In this document: positions 26,865 to 38,469 of the stretch, piece by piece
Layout of the letters: every line of letters begins with the position of its first letter
Numbering within the stretch: the stretch's first letter is position 1
Assembly (NCBI RefSeq): GCF_009914755.1
Contig: NC_060927.1
From: the human T2T-CHM13v2.0 reference genome, Homo sapiens
Length of the DNA: 64,000 nucleotides
Strand: one strand, 5' to 3'
Position numbers and translations under genes: made by a program
Notes under the pieces: generated by a model
The model's database searches: none
Told to the model about the DNA's origin: nothing
What the model saw: only the letters and a program-made list of their open reading frames with translations

Positions 26865-27085
26865 CATAGGTGCCAGACACTATTCTAAGCACTGTTCATT
26901 CATTAACCATTTTAAGCCTCATAACTTTGTGAGATAGGTACTGTTATTATTCCCATTTTACTGAAGGACAAATTAAGGCCTCAAGAGGTTAAGTAACTTA
27001 ACCAAGGTCACATAACAAGTAAGCAGAGGAACTAAGTTTAAACTCAAGCAGTTTGGTTCTGGAATTTGTGCTTATAGTCACTGTA
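26865..27085 (-). mobile_element. MIR SINE
   Basis: tgccagacactattctaagc...tattattcccattttact...gaggttaagtaactta..caaggtcaca. Confidence 0.85.
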
Positions 27086-27240
27086 GCCTGCTTCCACCTA
27101 TACTATATACCACTTTCATTCAATCCGGATAATCAAACCAAAAGTTAGTTTTTGATTTGTTACTTGAGATGTTCAGGTACTGTTTCAACTTTTTGCTTCT
27201 AGCTCCTACTATAGAAGTGCTTCTAACTACAGGGAAAGCA

Positions 27241-27545
27241 TTATTATTTTTTTATTTTGTTTTTGAGACAATCTTTTTCTATTGCCCAGTCTGGAGTGCA
27301 GTGGCGCAATCATGGCTCACTGCAGCCTTGACCTCCCGAGTCAAGCACGCCTCCTACTTCACCCTCTTGAGTAGCTAGGACTACAGATGTATGCCACCAC
27401 ACCAGGCTAATTTTTAAATTTTATTTTGTAAAGATGAGGTCTCACTATGTTGCCCAGGCTGGTCTCCAACTCCTGGGCTCAAGCGATCCTCCTATCTTGG
27501 CCTCTTAAAGTGTTGGGATTACAAGCATGAGCCACCATGCCCAGT
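27241..27545 (-). mobile_element. AluJ
   Basis: Reverse Alu; tcactgcagccttgacctcc and gggctcaagcgatcctcct are J-type features. Confidence 0.92.
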
Positions 27546-28380
27546 CTACTTTTTAAAATCTGATTCCCATTCCCTCTCTGTTCTGTATTAGACCATATTC
27601 AGTTTAAAAAGAAAATGGAAAGCCTTTAGGAAGGCTGTGCCTTCATGGCCAATGTTGTTTGTGAAGGCATATGCCACAATGCTTATATCTTCCACTCAGG
27701 GATCAGTGATGGATCCTGAAGCTATTGCAAGAAGGCTTCCACCGTTGCACTGACACATCCTCCAAGTGAAGGCATTCCCAACCCTGCTGTTCTTGTTCAA
27801 CAGAAATCTCCCATTTCTGGAGGGTGAGAAACCAACTGGCTCCAAGAGTGGCAGATGTTCAATCTCTTACTGGGGTGCCAAGTGGATTGAAAATTTTTCT
27901 GACTTTAGAGTTTTCTGTCACAGGATAACCAAGGACCTGAGGGAGCCGATAAAGGCAAGGGGTCACTTGTAATTACCATTACCCCTTTTCACGAGTTAGA
28001 GTTGTCTGGATGGCACTAGGTCCAGGAAATAGAACAGGGAGTTTTCTCTAGAGACAGAAGGAAACAATAGGATGAAAAGGGTAGAAACAATAATACGGAA
28101 GCTTGGTTACGTGCTTAACAAAGCTCAGGATCAATCCCAAACCTGAAGATGCCAATGTCAGAGCCTACAGTTGGGCTGGGTGGAAGCAAGAGATCAGGAC
28201 TTGGACATGAGTTTTGTTCTATCCTTTTCTCTAGAAATGGAGGGAAAGGGTATCTGGCTAGTACACAAAGTCAGAAGCAGACAGCTGGCAGACATGCCTA
28301 TAGAATTCCCAGGATAAAGAACTTTAGAGAGCTTTGGCAGCTTTTCAGACAATTGCCACAGGGCCTCAGAAAAGCCAAGT

Positions 28381-29085
28381 AGGTAGTGATGGCTGTAGTG
28401 ATAGTGATCATTATTGTTGGGGTGATGATAGTGGGCCTTCATGTTGATGGTGATTGTGATGTTCATGATAGTAGTGATGGTGATACAGTTGACTCTTGAA
28501 AAACATGGGAGTTACGGACACCCCCCACCCAGTAGAAAATCCACATATAACTTTTGACTCCCCCAAAATTTAACTACTAATAGCCTACTGTTCACCAGAA
28601 GTCTTACTGATAGTGTAAAGTTGATTAACATATATTTTGTATATGTATTATATACTGTATTCTTAGAATAAGCCATAGAAAAAATGTTATGAAGAAAATT
28701 ATAAGAGGAGAAAATATATTCACTATTTATTAACTGGAACTGGATCATCATTCAGTAAATGTCCATCAGTAAAATGGGAATAATAACAGTACCTACCTCA
28801 CAAAGTTATGAGGCTCATCATCTTCACGTTGAGTAGGCTGAGGAGGAGGAGGAAGGGGGGGTTGGTCTTGCTGTTTCAGGGGTGGCAGAAGCATAAGAAA
28901 TCTATACGTAAGTGAACCTGCACAATTCAAACCTGTGTCTTTCAAGAGTCAGCTGTATAGTGGTGATTGAGATGGTTATGGTGGTAGCGGAGGTGGTGAT
29001 GTTCATGGTCAAGGCGATCATGCAGGTCATGATGATGGTGATGGTAATCATAGTATTGTTGCTATTGGCAGCGGTGGTGGTGAAA
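28381..29085. repeat. Degenerate (GAT/GGT)n low-complexity tract split by a Tigger2a insertion
   Basis: gtgatggtgat-type triplets at 28381-28485 and 28958-29085. Confidence 0.8.
28486..28955. mobile_element. Tigger2a (MER28)-like non-autonomous DNA transposon
   Basis: TIRs CAGTTGACTCTTGAAA / TTTCAAGAGTCAGCTG with TA on both sides (28484-28485, 28956-28957). Confidence 0.9.
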
Positions 29086-29897
29086 AGGGGAGGAAATCTA
29101 GACACACAGGAGTTGATTGAGAAAGGGGTTTAATAAATGTTTTATTGACCCAGTTCCAGCACAGAGACTTGTAGAAGGGAAGTACAAAAATGTTGACCTT
29201 GATCTCTGCCTAATAATTCAATCTAATAACTTTGGAGTCAAAAGCTTTTATTTATTGTTTGTTTGGGGAGAGATAGCGACCTATAGTGAATGGCATTTTT
29301 ATTTAATATACTCTTAGCTAATGGGCTTCTTGATTTTGAAAGTGGAGTTTTCGCATTCACCCCATTCTTGATGGAAAGAGGCAGGGCTATCTTACTGTAC
29401 AACTCCAGGGAGCATTCATTATTCAGTTGTCAGTGTGAATGGCACCCCCGGAGAAGTTTAGTGCCCAGACTGCAGCTGTACTCATGGCCTTGGCATAACA
29501 GAGTAGCCTGCAGTAGTCTGAGAAACTGGGGGCTGGGCTCTGAATTCAGGAAACATTTAGAAAGGCAGAAAGTTTTCTGAAAGGAAAAGAATAGTACCAA
29601 CAACAGGGAAACAGGCCAGGCTCAACACTGGACAGAATTATTAAGACATTCCCAGCAATGGGCAGCAGTGCATGAACTTAGGAAGGGCATTGTTTTGATG
29701 CCTAGATTGTAAATTCTTTCCAGTTCTTAACTGTATTTACCCTGTGTTATCCACAAGTCTTAAGGAAAGTCTTACAATAGTTACTCTTGGAGTCATGTAG
29801 ATTAGGAATAGATAAGCCTGCAGGTGATAGAGAACTGAGCCAAGAGAGGGACATTAGGCAACCAGAAAAAATCTAACATAGCAGAAGAATTCAAGTA

Positions 29898-30250
29898 CTG
29901 CTCTAGGCTGAATGTTTGTGTCTTCCCAAAATTCGTATGTTGAAATCAATCCCCAGTATGATGGTATTTGGAGGTGGGGCCTTGGGGAGGTGATTAGGTC
30001 ATGATAGAGCACTCAGTGGGATTAGTGTCTTTATAAAAGAGACCCCAAAGAGCTCCCTCTTCCCTTCTGCCATGTGAAAACACAGCGAGATGATACCTGT
30101 CTTATGAACTAAGAAGTGGGCCCTCACCAAATCTGCCAGCACCTCAATCTTGGACTTTCCAGACTTCAAACTGTGAGAAATAAATTTCTGTTGTTTATAA
30201 TTTCCCAGTTTATGGTAACTTGTTATAGCACTCTCAATGTACTCAGACAG
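29898..30250 (+). mobile_element. MaLR solo LTR (MLT1A-like)
   Basis: ctgaatgtttgtgtcttcccaaaattcgtatgttgaaa...gtgagaaataaatttctgttgtttataa. Confidence 0.88.
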
Positions 30251-31564
30251 GACTTTCTACAAAAAAATCAGGGGCATATAGTAGCTTTCCCATAAGTGGG
30301 ATGGGAGGAGTTGAATTATTTTATTGAAATATTAAAGAAAAGGGTGACCCTGGAAAGCTGGAGAACTTGGAGATATATAGGTACAATAATTATATTTACT
30401 GATATTTATTGAACATTTACTATGTGCTAGGCTTTGTATTAAGTGCCTTATGTGCCTTATCTCAATTTACCATTAAGAAAATAAAACATACAATAAATTA
30501 TTTTAATCAAGAGAATGTAGCCAATATGTGACAGAGCCCTATTTAAACCTAAATCTACTAAATTTCAAGTTCACACTACAAATTATTGATCACTAAATAT
30601 TTTGACTATAAATTTCTATCACTGAAAACTTTGGGAGCATCCACTCCAATCTATGTATATTTATATATTCATAAATTAGATATGTATTTTTTCCATTAAT
30701 AAATACATTATAAAACAAATACAAAAATAGAAATAAATTAAGAAATAGATTAATAAGTAATATAAAATAAAAGATAAGATTTTTTAAAAAGAAATGTATT
30801 TTTATATTTATTAAATATACACAAAATGCTTTTTTGTTCTCACTAAAAAATATTAATAGTAGCTGGAAAAAGAATATCCCAAAGACACATCTGAATGGAA
30901 GAAGCCCATCACTGGCTGAGCTTACTAAATCATAATACCACTTTTTCATTCTTAATCTCCTTAAGCAAAAATTTCTGTTGAAAATCAGCTAGGAAATATT
31001 CATAGTTCTAGATGTCAATCAGTTGTTCTTGCAAACTAATAGAAAAACGTATTTTTATATTTTTAACATATCTCTTCAAATTTTACTGAAACTCTTCATT
31101 TAGATAGCATTTAAATGAAAATTCTGCTTCCAAGTGTTTCTAAGAATGCAGATGTGGACATTTTTATGTGATAATACTTTTTAAGAAACAATTACATAAA
31201 ATGGAAACATATCAAAATTTTATTTTTCAGAATTTTTCATAGTAGGTTTCTTGTGAAATTACATATGTTTTTCTCACTATTTAAAAATGTCCTTTTACCT
31301 TGAAAAGACAGTTTAAATTTTGAGTCTTTTTTTATTTTTCCCCAAAATATCTTCTAGGTCACTAGAATCAGCTACTTGTCGTCAGGGGAAAAAAAAAAGG
31401 TCAGCAACTTTGAGATATGTGTTCTCATAAAATAAAAATATCGTGAGATAACCTGGGTGTAATGTAAAGATTTTCATGGGTACAATTCTCCTTCCCACTC
31501 TCATCACCCCCCCCCCCCGCCCCCACAGTCTTATAACATTTTGCAAAAGTGGAACTATTTAGGA

Positions 31565-31782
31565 CAAGGTTTGCCAAATGTTTCCTGTAATGGGTTTGAT
31601 AGTAAATCTTTTAGGTGTTGTGGGACATATGGTCTCTGTCACAACTACTAAACTCTGCCATTGTCTGAAAGCAGCCATAGACAATATGCAAAAGAATGAG
31701 CATGCTGTGCTCCAGTAAAACTTCATTTGCAAAGATAGGCAGCAGGCCAGATTTGGCTCAGGGAACATAGTTGGCCGACCCC
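31565..31782. mobile_element. MER58A-like hAT-Charlie MITE
   Basis: gatagtaaatcttttagg...ggtctctgtcacaactactaaactctgccattgt...gcagccatagacaatatg...ttggccgacccct. Confidence 0.82.
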
Positions 31783-34700
31783 TAATTTAAATTATATAAT
31801 CCTAAACCCACTTAACCAAGAACCAACAAAATGCAATATGTTACAACACCTTGAAAGGGAAAAAAGGGTGGATACTTCCCTCTGCTCCAGGAACCTCTCA
31901 TTCTTTCTGGAGGGTACTATGCCTACTGTACATGATATGTGCTCATTCAACAGACAGCCCCAATGAGAGTGTTAAAATATGAGGAAACAGCATTTTTTCA
32001 TTTTTTAAAGATAAAAATAAATATAAACATGTTATAATATTTGTGTCTTTCATCTCAATTGATCATTATATGCACCCCACTTTCAAGATACTGGCTTAAA
32101 GCTACTGCACATTTGCCTGCAAAAGCAGGTCATTGAGGTAAAAATGGTAAAGGTACACAGGACTTTTACTGTCTTTTATCCAACTTTCAGATGTGAGGCA
32201 CCAATGTGATAGCTTGGTGCCTTCAAGGATGAAGTTCAAGTGTTTCAGAGATGAAACAATGGACGAAGAAACAGAACAGGGCTGTGGCTCTTGGACAAAC
32301 TTGTTAATCACCATCCAGACAAGGTCTATCTAGACAAGGTCTAGAAACCAGATGTGTCAAACACTGAATAAATAATTTTTCCTTAGTGAATGACTGCAGA
32401 GACCACAGCGAGGTGCAGAAAATTTGGGACCCATTCTTAAGGAATAAGTTTAACTTTAGATGAACTAAGACAGACACATCAAAATATAGTCTATGTCTCC
32501 AGAGTGTCACTGTGCATCACAGACCCACTCCCAAGTAAAGGAGGGAGGAAATCACTCTGACTCAGCAGAATGGTGTATTTCACCATCTCTAGGAGATGTG
32601 TTACCTGAGTATAAGATAAGGCACCAGATTTTTTTAATTGTGTTCTTTCACAGATAGCCACAGTGGCAATAATTTAGTTGATTTGATCAAGATAGACTGC
32701 CAAACTGGAAAATTCTGGTAAAACATGATCTACTTGATGTAAAGTGATGTGGTTTGTTTAGACTTATTGAACTGGAAAATGCCAAATTTCTTTTTCCTTG
32801 GCACCACATGAGTATTGTCTGCAATTACTAAGTGCAGAATCCCAGACCAAATCAAGACATCACCGAGCTGACAGTGCATTGTCCTTAAGCAGCCATGGCT
32901 TCCCCTGAAGACAAAGGGGAACTCTATCTTCTCTATTTCATAAGTTTGAGCTGGAGTCAGTTTCTATGTGTCAAGTATTTGTAAATCTGGACATTATTTG
33001 TCAATGAAGATTCCTCTGATCACATTAAGTTTTGTAGGCCCTTGTAGGTCCCCACCCCTAACGCCCTCTGGAAATTCCTGCTGAATCAACATATTCTGTT
33101 CTCTTTGGGACAGAGAAATGGACCACACAATTTGACACAAAATGAATAGAAATGTGAATAGAATGTGAAAGCAGGAAAGTAATGTTACTTTTCAAGTAGC
33201 AAAGGACTCTGCCTAGAGAAAGCTTGAATTCTAGTCTCAGCTTTTCTGAGAGCTTTGACCAAATAACTTAACCCCTCTAGGTCTCAGTTTCCTTATCTTT
33301 AAAATAGTGGGGCAGATCTTTACTGTCCTTTCCAACTCAATTTCTCTTACAAGAAATTGTAAATCTGTAGCTTAAATCATTAGTAGTAAAGACTTTGACC
33401 TTAGAGACATAATAAGCTTCATAGGGAATGTCATCTGATTTCAACTGAGTGACTCCAAAGAGGGATGTCAAAAATAGAAGGTGGAAAATACAAGTCAAAA
33501 TTCAAGATTATTCGTAATTGTCACGCAGATCTCCACAGGACTCTCAAGGCATATTTGCTGCCTGTATTAGAGCAGTCCCTCCTTGGGATGGAGCTCCTTT
33601 CAGAGTCTTGAGTTGTAGAATTCTTTCTGAATTATTGTTTCTCTGTCTCTCTCAGGTTTTTCTCTCTCCACCTCTGCTATCTAGTGCCCACATGGCATCA
33701 CTTTCCCTCCCTCCCACAAGAATACTAGAGGATGTGTGTTGTTAAGAGCCACAAAAATAAAAGCCTTCCCTGAAACCTGATCATGAGGACAAGGAACCCT
33801 GATGTGGAGCTAGCCCAGCCTTCTCTAGTGACCCACTTTTTGATAACTTCCTCCCCTACGACCAGGTTCTGTCAGCACACATAAGAGGCCTGAGTTTGGA
33901 AAGGCCTGCACTGGGAAAGGCCTACACTTGGAAAGACCTCTTGCAATACTGACTCTGGCTTTCTCCCCTGGGGCTTGTGACGCAGTGGAAGACCAATGGC
34001 CAATAAGCTGGTGTTCAGAAAGACCTTTCATCTGCACCCTACTTCACAGAGTGGGTAGACTCTGCCACCAACTGATAGCATTCATTTCTTGAATGGAGTA
34101 TTCAAAGATTCTGCCAACAAGATGATGAGCAGTTTCTGTCCTCTTTTCCCCTTCTTGGTCAGGTTGTGCTCTCTGACTCAGCTCCAAATGCAGCTGCTCT
34201 CTGGGGTGTTACCATAGCTTTTTGTAATGAGCCATTTCTCTTTCCTGCAGCCCCAATGGGACTCAAACTGTAGGCCACTCTGCCAATTCTCCAAGCTCTG
34301 CCCCTGTGCAAATTCTCACATCCAGCTTGTAGTAGATGGAAATTTTTACAAGTGACTTAATTTCTCACAATTCCACTAGATACATATTTAATGCATTTTT
34401 AAAATAGATAATGTCATTTCCATGGCTCTTTCAGATTATCGATGGGACATTTTCAAATAAAACTTGTGTGTGCTTAAGTGCTTTATTTAACAGGAGACAG
34501 ATTTTATTTCCACAAGAAGCAGAGATTGTAAGTATTATTTGGTGTCCTTCCCTGGCATAGCACTGTAGGAAGCAACAGAGATTGTGCTCAAAATACAGAC
34601 AGCTAAAAAACATTTGATTTCCATCGTGTTTCTTAAAATTTTACTGGTAGCTAAAGGCTCTTATCAATCCGTAATTTTAAGTGGTCCAGAACATAAATTA

Positions 34701-35179
34701 GCTGTGAGAACTGAGAAAAACATTTCTGCTGGAGCAAGTTCATTCTTAGAAACCAAGGCCTACCCTACCTTAGAAGAGGAAAAATTATATATGCGTTGGA
34801 AAGTTTTTCAGAAAAAAATCAACTTTTTCCAATTCTCTATCAGAATATTGGTCAAGTTAGTTATTCACATCTTTCAATGGATCAGAAATGAGTGCACTAT
34901 CTTCCAAAGAGGATATCTATCCTACAAGAAAATGCCTTTCCTGAAATGTTTCCTAAGCTCAATCTTACAAAGACCATCACACTCAAGCCCAGGCTGAGAA
35001 ATGCCTATATATTGGGCCAGCCAAGAAGGTAACTACACAACTGATTTTAGGAGCTTTTCCCCTTTTAACATTTAAAATTTATTCCAGCTGAAAATGTGAT
35101 GTGTAAATACACATGGAAAGAACTTTGGATAAAATATATCTGTAATTATTTATACTGCAATGCTTTATTTTGCAAAACA

Positions 35180-35650
35180 TCTGTTTATTTAAATAGCTAA
35201 TATATGCACCAGTAAAAACAATGTGAAAGTTACAGAAGGACATACAGAGGTTATAAGTATTGTTTGATGTCCTTCTAATTCTAATTCTCCCCTAACCCCT
35301 GCTGAGGCAAAAACTGTTATCAGTTTTTTTTAATATATCCTCCCAAAGATTATAGCATATTAAACAAAACACATAGTTCTTGCACCTTGCTCTTTTTCAC
35401 TTAACAATTTATCTTGGACCCCAACCTCATTCTGTTTAATGGCTGAAAAGTGTTCTCTCATATGGATGTTCCATAATTTACTTAACCAGCCCCTGACTTG
35501 CATATGTACCATTCTTTCTATAGATTTAATTCCTAGAAGTGGGATTGTTGGATCAAAGGATAATGCATTTTAATTTTGGATAGATACCACAGTGTTGCCC
35601 GCCTTAGAGACTGAACCAATTTACCAGCATTCCCTGAATACGTCTGTCCA
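35180..35650 (-). mobile_element. Old L1M 3' fragment
   Basis: ttcctagaagtgggattgttggatcaaagg...accaatttac; boundaries approximate. Confidence 0.6.
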
Positions 35651-38396
35651 CCAAAAAAAAAAAAGAAAAAAAAAATAGTATGAGAGGACAATGGTCTCCT
35701 AATCAGTCTCTTTGTTCTATTTGACTTTATATCCTTGTGGATTTGCTTTAAAAACAGAAAAGTAAATGTAACAGAATGTGATACAATTAGCATAATATTA
35801 TCATTCAGGTCTCAAAATGCTACACCCTTAGCAAAGCTTCCCGGACCACCTCAACACTCACATCCTCACTCTCTAGGCCATTATCCTTTGTGCTGTCTTA
35901 ATATTGCTTGCCACTATCAGCAATTACTTTGCTTCTTTGTTGATTTGCTTATTTTTCCCCCTACCAGCCACCCACCACTAGAAGTCTTGGGAAAGCAGGA
36001 AGCATTCATATTGTTTGCCCAGCATTTTGAACAGTACCCTGGCACTAATCAACACTCAATAAATGTATATTGAATGAAACGCTGGGTCCAAAGATAATGG
36101 TACCAAAAGATGTAAGTTTGCTCTGGAATGATTTTCCAGAGCCCTCCAAGAAAGACACAGGCTTCAGGCTCAGAAGAGTTTCTAATACATTCTGAGTATA
36201 TTCTACAGGGTTTGGGGGAGGAAAAAGAGGTTCCCATCAATTTCAAGGAAAACAAATGGTGCTGGTAGAAACTATCCAGTCCTTTGATTAGGACCTGAAG
36301 AAAAATAAACTGCATTATTCTTGGTTCTGAGCAAACTATGAGTGAAAATGAAATATACATTAATATTTGTAAAGTGGTTTGAAGAACAACATTTTAAAAT
36401 GAAAAAGCAGAGGTCTTTGACTTTTAGTCTATGAAGCACTGTGTTTTGAGGAAGTTCCGTCAGGCAGTATCTGCAGCAGAGTGATTCACAGAATACAGGT
36501 AGTAATAAATGAGTGTTTGTCGAAGGGGTGTTTCTAAATCCTGGAAAGGTTATTCAGCTGGGTCCTGGGTGTGGCTGACAGGTTTAGCTAGGCCTAATTA
36601 ATTGGATTCAGCCCTGTGGGAAACTTTAGTAATGACTGTTGGTATAAACATTTCACACCACCCATTCACTGGCTTGGCACCAGGAAGACATGAAAATGTC
36701 ATTTGAGTTTTTTAGACGTTATATATCCTGAAAGATAGAGGAGACTCCATGTGAATTTTCCCGCTGGAAAATATTTCTCAGTTTTGATTAATTAAATACC
36801 TGAAGCAGGTTCCTCTTAATTGCCGAAAAATGTGAATTTCTCAGAATAGTGAGAGAGCCTGCTGCTCAGTTTCTTATGTAAAAATTGCATCTAGGCTTTT
36901 AGGCATCAGTCCCGTGCCAAGGGGTGGCTTTGGGACTTTAGGCCCACTTTATCACCATTGGGCCCCCTTCCCCAATTCTTTATATGAACAATTGGTGTTT
37001 TCTTAAGCTTATATGAAGTGCTACGAAAGCATGGCTTCAAGGTCCAGCTGGCACCCACTTCCATCTGAAATGCTGCTCCTAATCATCCCTATAGAGAAGA
37101 CACTCCTGGGCATGGTCATCCAGACTTGAAGACAGAGGAGAAAGCAGCCATCCCTGCACTGTCTAAAGACAGCCTCCTTTGTCAGGTTCTTCTGACAAAT
37201 GAGGTTCTTCTTCTAGTCAGACGTACCACCTCCAGGAAATTTATTCTTAGTAGCCTTTCACAGAGTTTTCTGCTATAATCTCAGTGAGCCCAGCCATCTA
37301 AGTGAACTTCTGACTTTGTGGAAGAATGTGGTGGGACTGGGTGATCCTGTGTAGGACAAACCAGCAGCACTTGGTTTAGGAGAACTCCAAGTCTGCCAAG
37401 TGGTTTCTTCTCAGGCTCAGGCTCTACAAGTAGAAACTTCCAAATATTAATATTTAACACTTAGCAAAAGGGCCTGATTGTCACACAGGACCCTCACTCT
37501 AAGGGCTGTACCAAGTTCTGACCCCTCTAGACCTGGGCACTTGAACAGCTGCCCTCTCCAAAGCTTGGAAGAAAAGACAATGTAGAATTGGGAGTGACCA
37601 GAGGCATTTTGGGGTTTGTTTGAATCACCTGATTTCTAAGATATAAGGACCAAAGTTGATCCAAAGGGTTGATACTTTTTCACTTAGTATATTTTCCCTA
37701 GCTCTTTTGTAAAATACCCTTCACAGAAAAATGAGCTACACATTTGGATTTAAGAAATGTACAAGACTCTGAAAAGAGGTAATGCTAGAATTCTGCCATA
37801 AGTAAGATTCCCCAATATATTTCCATGGAAGTTGTCAAATATCTATCTGCCTGCCTTGGATTTTCTATCCAGAAAATAAGAATTTTCCTACAATTAAGTT
37901 TCCTGAAGAAAGAGGAGGAGAGAAACACATACTTCCTAGCATGTGAAATGGGGAGCACTGTTAGATTCCCACTCATATGAACCACCAAGATTGTTTCTGA
38001 AACAACATACCCTCTAATTGAGTTGCCCCTTACAAATGCTCATTTTGCCAAGACTGGCTTAGTCTTCACAATGTCTGCCCTTCAAATGATATCTCATAGC
38101 AACCTGTGTGTCGACTCAGTTTTCCAGGGCTGAGGGCACAATGGTAAGGATAGGGCTTTCTCTGTAGTTTCTAAATCTTCTGCATAACTGTTCAGTCCAG
38201 GACCTGTGGACAGCCAGCGTGGCTATAGCTATAGCCTAACCCTGAGGCAAAACTGTATTTTAAAACCCAGTGTGGGGTATCAAGTCAGGAGATCTGAGAT
38301 TTTGTCCTAGCTGAGGGAGTGTGAACAAATCATCTGACCTCTATATATTTGTACTTTGTCTGTGGCATAGAGGCCATTCTATGAATGGCTATAAAT

Positions 38397-38469
38397 AGGC
38401 TTGTGACTGACTGTCTCTGAAGAAATCACAGATTCTGTGATTTCTTCAGAGACAGTCAGTCACAAGCCT
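38397..38469. repeat. Perfect inverted repeat, 36-bp arms with 1-nt spacer
   Basis: AGGCTTGTGACTGACTGTCTCTGAAGAAATCACAGA-T-TCTGTGATTTCTTCAGAGACAGTCAGTCACAAGCCT, checked base by base. Confidence 0.98.

Noticed and set aside
28902-29133. Hydrophobic Val/Met-rich and Thr/Ile-rich ORFs resembling membrane or mucin peptides
   Set aside because: Translation of the degenerate GAT/GGT triplet tract.
31507-31524. Poly-C run as a G-quadruplex regulatory element
   Set aside because: Short homopolymer with no other support.
32317-32343. AGACAAGGTCTA direct repeat resembling p53 half-sites
   Set aside because: Mismatched half-sites with a 5-bp spacer; better explained as a 15-bp micro-duplication, like those at 46542-46568 and 63964-64000.
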